Positions 35,785 through 49,256 of a stretch of 64,000 nt of DNA are shown here, one piece after another; within the stretch, counting starts at the first letter, position 1, and the number at the start of each line of letters is the position of its first letter. The position numbers and the translations under genes were made by a program. The stretch comes from Dictyostelium discoideum (taxonomy: Eukaryota): the NCBI GenBank assembly GCA_000004695.1, contig CM000151.3, positions 6,272,001 to 6,336,000 on the forward strand, in the 5' to 3' direction. The notes below the pieces were generated by a model. The model was not told where the DNA came from. It did no database searches and saw only the letters and a program-made list of their open reading frames with translations.

Positions 35785-38700
35785 TTAATCAAATAAATTT
35801 TCCACATTTTTAGCTTTTGGTTTTGATTTCGAAGGAGTTGCTTTTGTTGGAGTTGCTTTTGTAGTTGTGTTGGTATCATCATCGAATAAATTATCAACGG
35901 CTTTAGTTGATTTTGCTTTAGTAGTAGTTGTTGTAGTTGTTGTTGTTGTTGATTTTGAGGTTGTACTAGTAATATCATCGAAAATATCATCAGAAATAAC
36001 TGGTTTAGTAGTTGATGATGCTTTTTTGGCTGCAGCACTTTTAACTGAAGCTTTTGGTCTTGAAATAATATCTGGGATATCATCAAAGAATGAATCTGTT
36101 TCAGATTTAGTTTCAACTGCTTTGGTTGATTTCTTGGTTGTTGTAGTTTTTGGTGTTTCTTTTGGTTGTTCTTTTTCTTTTGTTTGTTCTTTTTCTTTTG
36201 GTGTTTCTTTTGGTGTTTCTTTTGGTGTTTCTGGTTCAGATTTTTTAGGAGCAGAGGAAAGAGCAGCTTTGGTTTCAGAAGCAGTTGGTTTAGTAGTAGT
36301 AGATGCAAAGATATCACCTAATGGGTCAATTGTAACTTTTTCTGATGTTGATTTAATAGTTGGAGATGGTGAAGATTTACCACTAGAAGTTTTTTCTGAT
36401 GGAATATCATCAAAGAATGATGTATTTGAAATAGTCTTCTTTGTTGGTTCAGAAACAACTGGTTTGGTTGTAATTGGTGAAGAGGATCTGACTTTTTCAG
36501 ATTCTGAATCGGATTTTTGAGTTGGAGTTGGAGATTCTGATCTATTTGGAGCAGAAGTACCAGATTTACGAGTTGGAGGTCTACGACCACCAGATTTTGG
36601 TCTACTTGCAGTTGCATGAGTCAATTCTTTAACTGGTTCACTTTCTTCAGAGTCATTATTATTACGAGACGAAACTGTATTTCTACGTGGTCTACCACCA
36701 GATAGGGTTGGAGAAGTGACAGATGGTGATGATCTACCAGAATCTGATAAATCAGTTGCAGATGAATCATTATCATTATTTGTACTACTATCATCTTCAT
36801 TTTCTGATTCTTCTTTCTTTTTCTTTGGCATTTTAGATCCTGGTAAAAACATATTTGGATTTAATGATAATTTATTTTGAAGTGACGAAATATTTGATGT
36901 TTTCTTTGTTGGTTCAGCTTTTTCTGATGTTGGTGATTCTGATCTATTCTTTTCTTGTTGTTGTTGTTGTAGTTGTTGTTGTGCTTCAAACATTGATCCA
37001 ATTGATTTAGTTCTATTCTTTGTATTATTACTTGTTAATGGTGATGGTACATCCTCTCCTAATGGTGATGGTGGTGGAGGTGGTTTTGCATTATTATTAT
37101 TGTTGTTATTTGTGAATGTTGGTAAACCTAATGAAAGTGGATCATCAGATTCAATATTTGCTGTTGTAGATGTAAGTGGTGGTGTAGTAGTTGTCTTTGA
37201 TTTTGGTTTTGTAATTCCTAATGGATCATCACTACCAGAGAAGAAACTATCAAAATCTGATGATTTCTTTTCTTCAACTTTTTTATTACCGCTACTAGTA
37301 TCCAAATCACCAAAAAAGTCTTTACTTGATGTTGTTGTTGTTGTTGTTGTTGTTGATTTCTTTGTTGTTGATGAGAAAATATCATCATCATTCTTTTTAT
37401 TTGATGATAATGGTGAATCTGTGTCTTCAAAATCGAAAAAGTTTGATTTAGTTGATTTTTTAACTGCTGGTTTATTTTCAGTAGCAGTTGTTGATGATGA
37501 TGTTGTTGGATTTTTTTTAATTGAGAAATCACCAAATACTGATTCTTCGTCACCACCACCGAGTGGGTTAGATTCTTTCTTGTCTGATTCAACTTTGGTT
37601 GGTTCAACTTTTGCTGGTTCAACTTTTGTTGGTTCAGCTTTGGTTGGTTCGACTTTGGTTGGTTCAACTTTAGTTGGTTCAGATTTTGCTGGTTCGTCTT
37701 TTGTTAAATCACCATCAAAGAAATTAGTTTTCTTTGGTTTTTGAGCGACTGGTTTTTTAATATCACCAAATAATGGGTCTGATTCAATGGTTGAAACTGG
37801 TGATGCTGGTGAAATAGAAGCTTCTGATGGTTTTTTGATATCAAGTCCACTAAATGGATCAATTGATGGTGTTGTTGTTGTATCTTGTTTCTTCTTTGGT
37901 TCCTCAGTGATTGGTTGTTTCTTTGTTTCTGTTGTTGTTTTACTTGAATCAAAACTAAATAAATCATCATCACCACCACTCTTTTTATTTGATGATAATG
38001 GTGAATCTGTATCTTCAAAATCGAAAAAGTTTGATTTAGTTGATTTTTTAACTGCTGGTTTTGTGGTTGTTGTTGTTGTTGCTGTTGTTGGTGCTTTTGG
38101 AATATCAAGATCATCATCAGTAGTAGTTGATTTAGTTGGTTTAGTTTCTTGTTCTTTTTTAGAATTTGCTTTTGGAATATCAAATGAATCATCATCATTA
38201 CTACCAGCAGCACCAACTCCAAATGGATCTTGAACTTTTGGTTTATTTTTATCACTAGAGATTGAATCAATTCCAAGTACATCACTATCGACATATTTCT
38301 TTGGATCATGTCTTTTAATTTTCTTTTCTGGTACATCTAATAAGCCACCTTCTGAACCAAAGATTTCAGCATCCTTCTTGGTTGCAGATGTTGATTTCTT
38401 ATCTGATGAGAAAAAGTCATCCTCTGATGCTTTTGACTCTGTCTTTGGTGCTGGTGATGGAGATGATTTACCACCAGTGCCAACTTTCTTTCCACTGAAT
38501 ATATCACCACCAGCAGCATCGAAATCAAATAATTTAACACCACCAACTGGTTTCTTTGGTGCTGGACTACTTTTACCAGTTGTTGACTCACTACCTGATG
38601 CATCTGAATCAGGTATTGGAGTTGGTGGTTTGGTAGTAGTTGCTGTTGGTGCTGCTGATGTTGTAGTTGATTTTGGTTTTGGAGTACCAAATAGATCATC

Positions 38701-39287
38701 TTCATCCATACCATCCAAAAAGCTAAGTGATGATGATTTCTTTGTTTCTTTTTTGGTTGCTGGTGTTAGATCTTCATCAGTGAATAAATCATTTAATGTT
38801 TTCTTTTGTTGTGGTTGTGAAGAGGTAGTAGTTGAATCTTTTTTAGAGGTTGGTAAAGCTGTTTCATCATCACCAAATAATGAATCATCAAATGTAACTT
38901 TTCTACTAGCACTACTTTTTGGTGCAGGTGTTTCTTCAGAATCACCGAATAAATCATCATCAAACATTGATTTCTTCTTTGGTTTTGAAGTGGTTGTAGT
39001 TGAACTACTACCACCGAATAAATCATCGTCACCTCCTTTATTCTTTGAAGATAATGTATTATTAAGTTCATCAGCGAATGGATCTTTCTTTTTAGTTGGT
39101 TCATCACCATCTGCATCTTCTTGTTGTTGTTGTTTCTTTTTACTACCACCGAATAAATCATCTTCATCATCACCACCTAAAATATCTGATAATGAAGAAG
39201 TGTATGAATTTGATGATTTTTTACTTGCGACTGGTTTATCACCGAAAATATCATCCTCATCTTCAAATAATGATTCAGACTATAGTA

Positions 39288-39321
<34 letters not shown>

Positions 39322-40017
39322 GAATTAATAAAAATCATTATAAAAAAAAAAAAAAGAAAACAATAATGAATAACTACCTTCTTATTTGCATTATTTTCAG
39401 ATGTAGCATCTTCATCTTGGAAGAAAAAGTTTTGTTGTTTTGGTTGTTCATCAGTGAGGAACAATGTTGATTGTTGTTGTTCATCTTTTTCATCATCATC
39501 ATCACTACTACTTTCACTTGAAGATTCATCACTACCATCCTCAGCATCAACATCTTCCTCATCTTCTTCATCTGAAGAATCAGAATCAGAATCTTCAATG
39601 AATAAACCACAGAAATCATCTTGATGAAATTGTTGTGAACCAATGATATGTGGTAATGGGTATCTTAAATAGTGATCTAATTTCTCTTTCTTCTTTTCTG
39701 TATTTGCTGATGGTTGTGCATCAGTACCTGCTTGTTCACCACCTTCAACTAAACCGCCTTCAGCTGATGATGCTGCAATACTACCATTCATTTGTTGTTG
39801 ATAATCATTATTATTGTTATTACTATTTGATTGTTCTGAAATTTCCAATGCTGCATTTACAAAGTTTGCTTTCTCTAATGCTTCCAAACCAATTAATATT
39901 GCTTTTGAAAATTTTGGTATTAATATTTCTTCTGTAATCTCTTGTTGTTGTGGTTTATCTGTTTGTTCATTTTGCTCATTATTTAATTCTGAATTATCTT
40001 CATAAACTCTCTGTTTG

Positions 40018-40060
<43 letters not shown>

Positions 40061-40539
40061 TTTATATTAATAATTATTCTACTTTAATGAAATAATAATA
40101 ATTTATATATATATATGAGTATAGTCATACATTTTCAATGAATTGAGTATTTGATAACATTAAAAATTGATCAAATGTATTATGAACTTTAACATGAATT
40201 GATTTTGAATCTTTAACTAATTCATCAACTTGAAATTCTAATTCTTTAGTTTTATAGATAAGTTTATTTGCAAAATCTTGCATATAATTTAAAAGCTGTA
40301 TTGATATTTTGAAAAAAAATTTTAAGATTTTATTAGTGATCACTTTAAAAAGAGGTATATTAAAAAAAAAATAAGTATAGTAAATAAATACTTACACCTG
40401 CATCTGATGATAAATTCCAATCCTTTGCAGAATCTCTCATTTCATTGATTGTCCATACTTTTTTCCATGGTACATCATCTGGGTTCGATGGTTGTTCACG
40501 AACTGGTTGTTGTTGTTGTTGTGGTTGTTCTTCAGGCAT
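35785..40539 (-). CDS. fam21: FAM21 (WASH complex subunit 2) orthologue, ~1478 aa. Exons 40396..40539, 40131..40295, 39378..40010, 35785..39279; introns 40296..40395, 40011..40130, 39280..39377
   Basis: Exon 1 is 'MPEEQPQQQQQPVREQPSNPDDVPWKKVWTINEMRDSAKDWNLSSDAG'. Exon 2 is '[55 protein letters not shown]'. Exon 3 begins 'RVYEDNSE...'. Together these match the conserved FAM21 head (human: ..[41 protein letters not shown]). Exon 4 is a ~1160-aa acidic S/T/K/P-rich tail with ~20 D/E-flanked L-F/F-F motifs ('DDDLFG', 'DDIFS', 'EDDLFGT', 'NFFDFEDTD' ...), like the retromer-binding LFa motifs of FAM21. Junctions are GTAAGT/GTATGA/GTAGTT...AG, all phase 0. The ORF-track ORFs 39177..39887 and 35785..38967 are parts of this gene. 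Confidence 0.75.
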
Positions 40540-41320
40540 TTTATTTTATAGCCTATTAATATAATTTATAATCCTATTTTAAACAAACAAACAAACAAAA
40601 AACAAAAAGGATGTAAAAATTATAAATTAATACTTTATATAAAATAAAAAACGAAAAACAATTATTTATATACAAATAAAATAAAAAAATAAAAAATGAC
40701 AAGATTTTTTTTTTTTTCAACAAAAAAAAACTTTTTTTTTTTTAATTTTTATTTTTAATGAAATTTATGTAAACTTTTCAAAAAAAAAAAAAAAAATAGA
40801 AAATTGTTTTTTTTATTTTAATAATTTAATTTTTAATCTTGTTTTTTTTTTTTTAATTTCTATTAATAAACAAAAATATTGAAATTTTAAAAAAAAATAA
40901 ACCAAATAAACTAAATAAAAAACAATTATAAAAAATGATAAAAAAAAATAAATACTAAAAATAAAATTTTTGATTAAAAAAAAAAAAAATGGATTTAGTC
41001 GTTTATCATTTTGTATATTTTCGAGTGCCCTATTTATCCATAATTCTAAAATAAAAATAAAAAAAAAATAAAAAAAAAATTCTAAAATTAAAAAAGATAA
41101 AAATAAAAAAAAAGAAATCTTATTGTTTGGTTTTAGAATTACATGAAATAATACAAAATTTTATTATATCTTAATTTAAAAATTATTTCTATTATTAATT
41201 TTTTTTTTTTTTTTTTTTAAATATTAAAAAAAAAAAAATTTAACATTTGTAAAATATATTTTTTTTTTTTTTTCTTTTAATTATTATAACTTAATTTAAA
41301 AGAAGATAAAGTTCCACCAT

Positions 41321-44300
41321 TTAAATTGATAAACCTTCAATTGGATAAACTTTTCTTGGAGTTCTTGGAGTTCTAATTTTTGGAGAATAAGCGTGATAAC
41401 GAATATTATCTTCAGCATTCTTTTTAGCTTTTTGTTCAATTATATTTTGAATACGAGGATTAACGATGGATTCAATATCCAATTTCAAGAGAATAGTTGG
41501 ATCAATGGCAGTGGCAGTGAAAGAACGAGTTGGTAGGAAATTACTATCTTCATTTGAACGTCTGTAAGCGGTTTCACCGAAAAAGTCACCAACATTTAGA
41601 TAACGAATGATATTTTTATTCTTTTTACTATGAATTCTAACTCTACCTTGTTTAATGATATACATAGAGTCACTTGTATCACCCTCATTGAATATGACTT
41701 GATGATGAGCAAATGAAACATCCTTTGAACCATTGGCAATGCTATCGACCTCTTCTTTATTGATATGTTGAGTGATATTATGTTGGAATGCACGAATGAT
41801 AGCATCACGACAAGAATTGATATGAGATAAATCCATATGCACCTTGGAGATAAAAGTATTTAGATTTGAATGGAATTCAGTACGAAGATCCATAGTTTTC
41901 CAAACCAATAAGCAAACGTCAGTCTCTGCAATGACGGTTGCTGAAGCATCGATATTCTTATCCAATTGTAAAGCACTTTCACCCAACGTTTCACCAGCAC
42001 ATAATTTAATAGTTGGGATTTTAATTGCATCAGTTTTAACGGTGGTTGTAATTGTAGTGGTATCAGTCACAACTGTACCCACCGAAGTTGTAGATTTGAT
42101 TGGTTCATATTCATTCTCGTAAACCAATACTTTGCCACTAAGAATGATATAAAACATATCGGATGGCGAGCCTTTCTTAATGATAACATCATTACGTTTA
42201 ACCCAAATTTTCTTACATAAAAAGAATACTCTTTGAACTTCAGCTGGTGATAATTTTGAGAAAACACTACAATGATTTAAAGCTGTTTGAATTTGAATAC
42301 ACTCTGCCACTCCTTTATATTTTCTATCAACTTTAATGATTTCAGTATTCTCTAAACCTTCTTTTGGACGTATAATCTCACCTTTAGTATCCACTGAACT
42401 ACTACAATGAACGACTCTAATCTTCTTCCTTATCTCTGATGGTAACTCCAAAAGGTTTGCCATTGGTGTATGAATTGGTGCTACACCACTTTCATGAATA
42501 ATCATATCAGCATCAAATACAAATGATTTCAATCTTTCAATTCTCTTTTTTGATAACACACCTTGATCTTTTAATTGTTTAAACTTTTGTAAATCATAAA
42601 ATGTATCTGCTGAATAACTTATCTTTTTATTATAAATTTCTAATTTAAATCTAATTGTTGGTATAACATGAAAACTATAATCAAATTCAAATTCTAAATA
42701 AAAAAAAACCAAACCAATTATTAGTATTAATTTAAATTAAATTATTATTTATGTAATTAAATTACTACTTACCAGCACCTAAAATTTTAATTTTATTACC
42801 AATTGTAACTGGTACCCAAGTATAATAATTTTTTAAACTTTGTTCAGGTAAACCAGTTAATGCTTTTAATTTTCTCATATAAGATTCATTGATAGTTTTA
42901 GTAGTATATAGGGTAACTTTATTTCTTTCAATGATTTTTTGAAGGATACCACTATCATGATCTGCATGACAATGTGTTAAAATGATATGTTCAACTGTTT
43001 TACCATAGATTCCATTTGTTTGAAGATATGTTGTATTACCAACTGGTGGATCAACAACAACACCACTACCATTAATCCAAATGATGAAACCAGTCGTATG
43101 TGAACAATGTGTAAAATCTAAACCATGACTAACACCCAAAAATGTTACACCTAAAATTGGTGCTTTAAATTTCTTTACTTGTTCATGATCATTACCAAAT
43201 GGTAACACTGGTACATATTGTGATTCAATAGTTGAATCAATTACTGAAACTGTATTATTCTTTAATATAATTCTATTACCACTTGTATTTATCATTTGTT
43301 TATCAGTAGTTGATGATGATGATTTATCTTGTTGATCTTGTTGTTGTTCTTGTAATTTTAAATGTAATTGTTTTTGAACTACATGATAATCTTCATGAAA
43401 ACTAATTAAACCTTTAGTATTTCTAATTCTAAGGTTAATTAATTTTGTTGGATCACTTGCAGATGGTAAATCAATATCAACCACACCAAAGGTATCAAAA
43501 GTTTTAAAGATAACATAACTATCTAACTTTTCGTCATTTGCTCTTGGATCAATTGCTAAACGTTCAGTTAATAAATCAATTTTATAATCTGGTATGGTGA
43601 TCTCTTCATCAGTGTAGATGTGTTCAGGAGCTGGACCAAAGATTGACTCACATAGGATGGTTTCAATTCTTTGTTTTTGTTCCACTGTACAAATGATTAC
43701 AACCTTGGTTTTACCTTTTTGTACGAATTTGTTATAGAAAATTGGGAATTCAACCTCTGACAATGAGACATCTTTTGATATTAAGAAATGGGGTACAATG
43801 AAATGACAAATGCTTTGATCCCTTTTCAATGTGTCTGGTGGAATACCAACCTGAATAGACACATTACAATCCGATGGTGTGAACACATACGATGGTCCAC
43901 TAACTTGCATGATCTTATCTTTTGAATAGAATGGCTCTTTATTTTTTTGTAAATACTGTTGTTGTTGTTGCTTTTTTTGTTGCTCAGTTGTGCCATTTCT
44001 TTGTTGAGTTCTTGGTGAATCGTTTATTATCATTTTAGATGATGATGATGATGCTTGTTGTGATTCTAATATATTTAATAGTGATTGAAAATCATTGATC
44101 AATATTGAAATGTTTGAGTCGGGTGACTGGTTATTCTCATTGGTTAATTCTGTAAAGAATCTTTGAATGTCGGTATAATCATTTTCGTTGAACACGCCAC
44201 TGACACTATTATCCAACTGGTTCACTGGTGCCGATAGGTATGCCAATAGCTTTTGTTTTTCATTTGATCTATCGATGGTTTGAGAAACCTTTTCAAAGGT

Positions 44301-44646
44301 GTCCAAGAAATCAATGGTGACTGTAATGGCTTCAATGATCTCTGATACTGTGCCATTGATTTCACCAACTTGTTCAACTATCTCTACATATAACTCCTCA
44401 TAGGAAAGGTAGGGTAAATGTTCAAGCTCTTGACCTAAAAATTCTTTTAATAATTCAGAGATTTCAAAAATATCATCCTCATTTATGAAATTACTTCCAA
44501 TTCTTGCTGAAATCACTGCCAATAGAAATTTTGATAAATTTCCAAAATAATCTTTATTTCTTGGATATAATAATGATTTAATATCAAAAGTTTTAAATTC
44601 TTCAATCTTATTATCTTTTGTTAAACTTTTTACAAATTTTTCTAAA
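41321..44646 (-). CDS. cGMP-binding phosphodiesterase of the GbpA/GbpB (PdeD/PdeE) type: metallo-beta-lactamase catalytic domain + two cyclic-nucleotide-binding domains. 3' exons 42773..44646 and 41321..42693 (intron 42694..42772); 5' exon(s) not located
   Basis: Metallo-beta-lactamase motifs 'GVSHGLDFTHCSHTTGFIIWINGSGVVVDPP' and 'HIILTHCHADHDSGI'. Two cNMP-binding sites: 'KIPTIKLCAGETLGESAL' and 'NVGDFFGETAY'. Donor ..GGTGCTG|GTAAGT and acceptor ..atttAG|AATTTGAATTT are in phase 1. At the 5' side the frame enters via ..aaaatAG|TTTAGAAAAATTTG (44646) with a stop immediately upstream, so at least one further 5' exon exists beyond 44647. Confidence 0.75.
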
Positions 44647-44740
44647 CTATTTTAAAAAAAAAAAAATAATAAAAAAAAAAAAAAAAAGAGAATTAATTTT
44701 AAATTTTAGTAAATTATTTATTTTATTTTTTTTATTATTT

Positions 44741-44771
<31 letters not shown>

Positions 44772-45756
44772 GAGAAAAATTATAAAAAAATAATAATTAA
44801 GATAAACAAAAATAAATAAAAAATATGTGAAAATATTATATACATACTATCTTAGAAAATCTATAATGTTATCCCCATATTTAGAATTCATTTTTTTTTA
44901 TTTTTATTTTTAGTTTTTTTTAGTTTTTTTTTTTTTTTTAATAATAAATAAAAAAAATAAATAATATTATACAATCTAATAAATAAAATTAAATAATTAT
45001 ATAAAAAATAAATAAATTAATTAATTATAAATAAATAATAATAAATTGAAAAAGATAACAATGTAATTACAGGAAAAAAAAAAAAAAAAAAGGTTTATGT
45101 TTTTTATTTTTTTTTTTATTTTTTTTTTATGGTTTTTATTTTATAATTTTTTTTTATTTTTATTTTGTAATGTTAATTAAAAAAAAAAAAAAAAAGTTGA
45201 AATGATATGATAGGTGAGCACTATATAATATTTTAATTGTGGGTTTGAGTGAATGGGGGTGTGTGAAGTTTTTATCTTTATATATCAATTTTTTAAAATA
45301 ATAAATTTTTTGGGTGTTTGAAAGGTGTGAATGAAAAAAACTGAATCAAAATGGCCAAGATTTCTTTTTTTTTATTTTTTTTAATTTTTTTTTATTTTTT
45401 TTTTTTTAATGAATTATTGATTTGGGGTATATAACTGATAAAAAAAAAACTATTTTTTGTTTTGTTTAATTTTTTTTTTTTTTATTGTTTTTCAACACTG
45501 GTTTTGTTTGAAAATTTTGATGATCCAAAAAATATCAAAATCATACACCCACCACTACCCAAAAATTTACATATTTATATAAATTAATCACATATATATA
45601 TTTTTTTTTTTCAATTTTTTTTTTTTAATTTTTTTTTTTATTTTTTTTTTTATTTTTTTTTTTAATATTTTCCCAATTCATTGATTCATCTGTATTCTCT
45701 TAAAATTTAAAATCTCAATCATTGGATCAAAAAATGTTTTAATCTTTTTTTTTTTC

Positions 45757-45789
<33 letters not shown>

Positions 45790-46753
45790 GTTTTGGGTGT
45801 GTTTTTTTGATATGAGGAGACAGACAATCAATGTTTTTTTTTTTTTTTTTAATATTATTTTTTTTATTCCCAACATTATTATCTAATTTTATTTTTATTT
45901 TTTTTTTTTATCTTTTTTTCTTTTTTTTTTTATTTAATCATAATTTTACATACACCACAATTGATTAAAAAAAAAAAAATATATTTATTTTAAAAAAAAA
46001 ACAAAAAAAAAAAAAAAATAAAAAACACTGAATAGATATATTAAAAAAAAAAAAATATCCATACATTGCTAAAATTTAAAAAAAAATTGCCAAAGTCATT
46101 AATCTTTAATCCTTAATCAATATAGTTCAATCTTTATTTGTTAGAGACTCAAAACTAATTTTTTTTTTTATGCAATTTATTATTACCACGGAAGTTGATT
46201 ACCATTTTTTAAAAAAAATAAAAATAAAATAAATAAAAATAAAAAAAATGATTATTAATAAAGTAAATTATAAAAATAAAAAGATATATTATGAAAAGTG
46301 GATTGTTCCCTTTTTTTTTTTTTTTTTTTCAGATTAAGATGTGACTGAAGAAAAAAATTGATTGGGTGTGAAGTTTAAAAAAAGGAAAAAAATATTTTGA
46401 ATTCAGTTACCATATGATAACTTTTTCTGTTGTGAGTCATTATTAATGAGAATAACCACGACTGCAGTTTTAAATTAAATATTGAATTTTTTAAAAATTA
46501 AAAAAAAATTAAAAAAAAAGATTTTTTTTTTTAATTTTTTTTTTTTAATTTTATTTTATTTTTTTATATTCTTTTTTTTTTTTTTTTAAAAATATATATT
46601 ACAATTTATTTATTTATTAAACGAATATATTTTCTTAGTATACAAAAAAACAATCAATTAATAGTACTATTACTTTAATTTTTGTGTATACATATTTTTA
46701 CAAAAAAAAAAAAAAAAACACACACACAAGAATAAATATATATATTATATAAA

Positions 46754-49098
46754 ATGAGTTATCCACCACCAGTAGGAGATTCAATTAAATTAAAGGTTCA
46801 AGCCTCAAATGATCCAGAAGAAGCTTTTACAAATAGAGCATATTTACCAATTTCATCATTCAGTTTTTTATTCCCAAATGTACAATCAAATCTTTATACA
46901 ACCAATACAAATTATATTAAAATTAGAGTTGGAGCAAATGAATATATTTTATCTGCATCGTAAGTAACATACAATATATACATACTTATATACATAAATA
47001 ATTTATAGATATATTATAATTTTAAAATTAAAATAAAAATAATAATAATAATAAATAATTAAATTAATTATTTATTATTTATAAAAGACCAAATAAAAAT
47101 ATGAAACCAGATTCAATTGCATTATCAAAAGCATTAAGAGGATGGATGTATGTTAGTAATAATGAAGAAGTTTATGTTGAATTTTATGATCCAAATCCAA
47201 ATATTTGTGGTTCAATGAAAGTTAGTATCGATTATTTAACCAAAGGTAAACAAGGACCAAAACAAGATTCACAAGAGATCATTGGTAAAATCATTGACAA
47301 TTTCAATAGTCAATACTTTACATTTGGTCAATTATTTTATATAAAGAATAGTAATTCAACATTTGAATTAAGAGTTGAAGCAGTTGAAACCAATGAAGTT
47401 CCAACCAAAGATAAAGGTTGGGCTATCATTTCACCAGCCACCAAGATAATTTTACAAAAAATGCCAGGATCATTGATTGATATCGAAACCAATGGACCAT
47501 TGGTTGTAAATCAAATTTTCACTTCAGATTGGGATTTCGAAAATATGGGTATTGGTGGTTTGGATGCAGAGTTTAGAGATATTTTCAGACGTGCATTCTC
47601 TTCACGTATTTTCCCACCAGCAATCGTAAAGAAATTAGGTGTCAATCATGTTAAAGGTATGCTTTTATATGGTCCACCTGGTACTGGTAAAACTTTAATC
47701 GCCAGACAAATCGGTAAGATGTTAAATGGCCGTGAACCAAAGGTTGTCTCTGGTCCATCGATTTTAAATAAATATGTCGGTCAATCCGAAGAGAATATTA
47801 GAATGTTATTTAGAGATGCAGAGATTGAACAAAAGGCAAAGGGTGATGATTCAGGTTTACATATTATCATTTTCGATGAATTGGATGCAATTTGCAAATC
47901 ACGTGGCTCAAGACAAGGCGATTCAGGTGTTGGTGATTCAGTGGTAAATCAATTATTAGCAATGATTGATGGTGTCGAATCTTTAAATAACATCTTGGTC
48001 ATTGGTATGACCAATAGAAAGGATATGATCGATGAAGCTTTACTTCGTCCAGGTCGTTTAGAAGTACACGTTGAGATCTCATTACCCGATGAACATGGTA
48101 GAGAACAAATCTTTAAGATTCATACCGCTAAAATGAGGGATCAAAATGCATTGGACAAAGATGTTAATCTCGCCAATTACGCTCATACAACTAGAAACTA
48201 TAGTGGTGCTGAGATTGAAGGTGTTGTGAAATCTGCTGCATCCTATGCTTTCAGTAGACAAGTCGATACTAAAAACATTAAAAACGTTGAAATCAAACCA
48301 GAGGATATTAAAGTTTGCGATCAAGATTTCAAGAGAGCCATCACCGAGGTCACTCCATCATTTGGTTCCACAGATAATCAATTCGAATCCTATGCAGAGA
48401 ATGGTATCATCAATTATGGTCCAGTCTTTGATAAACTCTTACAAAGTGGTAATGCCTTTGTTGAGCAAGTAAAGAAATCAAATAGAACTCCAATGATGTC
48501 GGTCCTCTTGTCAGGTAGACCAGGTTGTGGTAAATCTTCTTTGGCTGCGACCCTTGCCAAGAGTTCAGAATTCCCATTCACTCGTATCATTAGTCCAAAT
48601 GATTTACTTGGTTACAATGAATCTGCAAAGGCATCAAAAATCACAAAGGTTTTCGAAGACTCTTATAAATCTCCAATGAGTTGTGTCGTTGTCGATGAAA
48701 TTGAACGTCTCATTGAATATGTACCAATTGGTCCACGTTTCTCAAATCTTATCCTTCAAACTTTGGCAGTTCTCTTTAAAAGAACCCCACCAAAAGGTCG
48801 TAAACTTTTAGTGATTGCAACTACTTCCAATCCTGATATTCTCAAAGATATGGATATTATGGATTGTTTTGCTACAGTTTTATCCGTTCCATCAATCAGT
48901 ACCGCTAAAGAATTCCAAACCGTTTGCTTTGAACTTGGTTTCACTCAAAAAGAAGCCTCTGAAGCTGCCTCCTTCTTTACTTCACCAATCACTATCAAAC
49001 AAATCATTATGATTGTCGAAATGGCAAGACAAGAAGAAGGTAATTTCATTGATAACTTTAAAATGTGTTTAGAAGATTTTAATATACGTAATTTTTAA
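46754..49098 (+). CDS. nsfA: N-ethylmaleimide-sensitive factor (NSF, AAA+ ATPase), ~739 aa. Exons 46754..46959 and 47088..49098; intron 46960..47087
   Basis: Exon 1 is an NSF-N-type domain (MSYPPPVGDSIKLKVQASNDPEEAFTNRAYLP...) ending ..GCATC|GTAAGT (phase 2). The acceptor ..ataaaAG|ACCAAATAAAAATATG is in frame. D1 AAA domain: 'GMLLYGPPGTGKTLIARQIGKMLNGREPKVVSGPSILNKYVGQSEENIR', 'IIIFDELDAICKSRG'. D2: 'SVLLSGRPGCGKSSLAATLA'. Confidence 0.9.
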
Positions 49099-49256
49099 AT
49101 AAATTAATAGTTAATCAACTTTGAATTAATTATTTGATAAAATAAATAATGATTTTTTTTTATTATTTTATTTATTTATTTTTTTTTTATAGAAATTTTG
49201 TACAATTTATTTTTAATTTACTGTTTTAAATTATTTAACTTTTTTTTTTATTAATT

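Noticed and set aside
35778-39470. Numerous overlapping ORFs on both strands inside the FAM21 last exon (35778..36317 -, 35867..36520 +, 37100..37744 +, 37218..38336 -, 38378..39292 + ...)
   Set aside because: These are low-complexity alternative frames of a K/P/T/S-rich repetitive exon. Only the frame containing the DDDLFG-type motifs and the conserved head is coherent.
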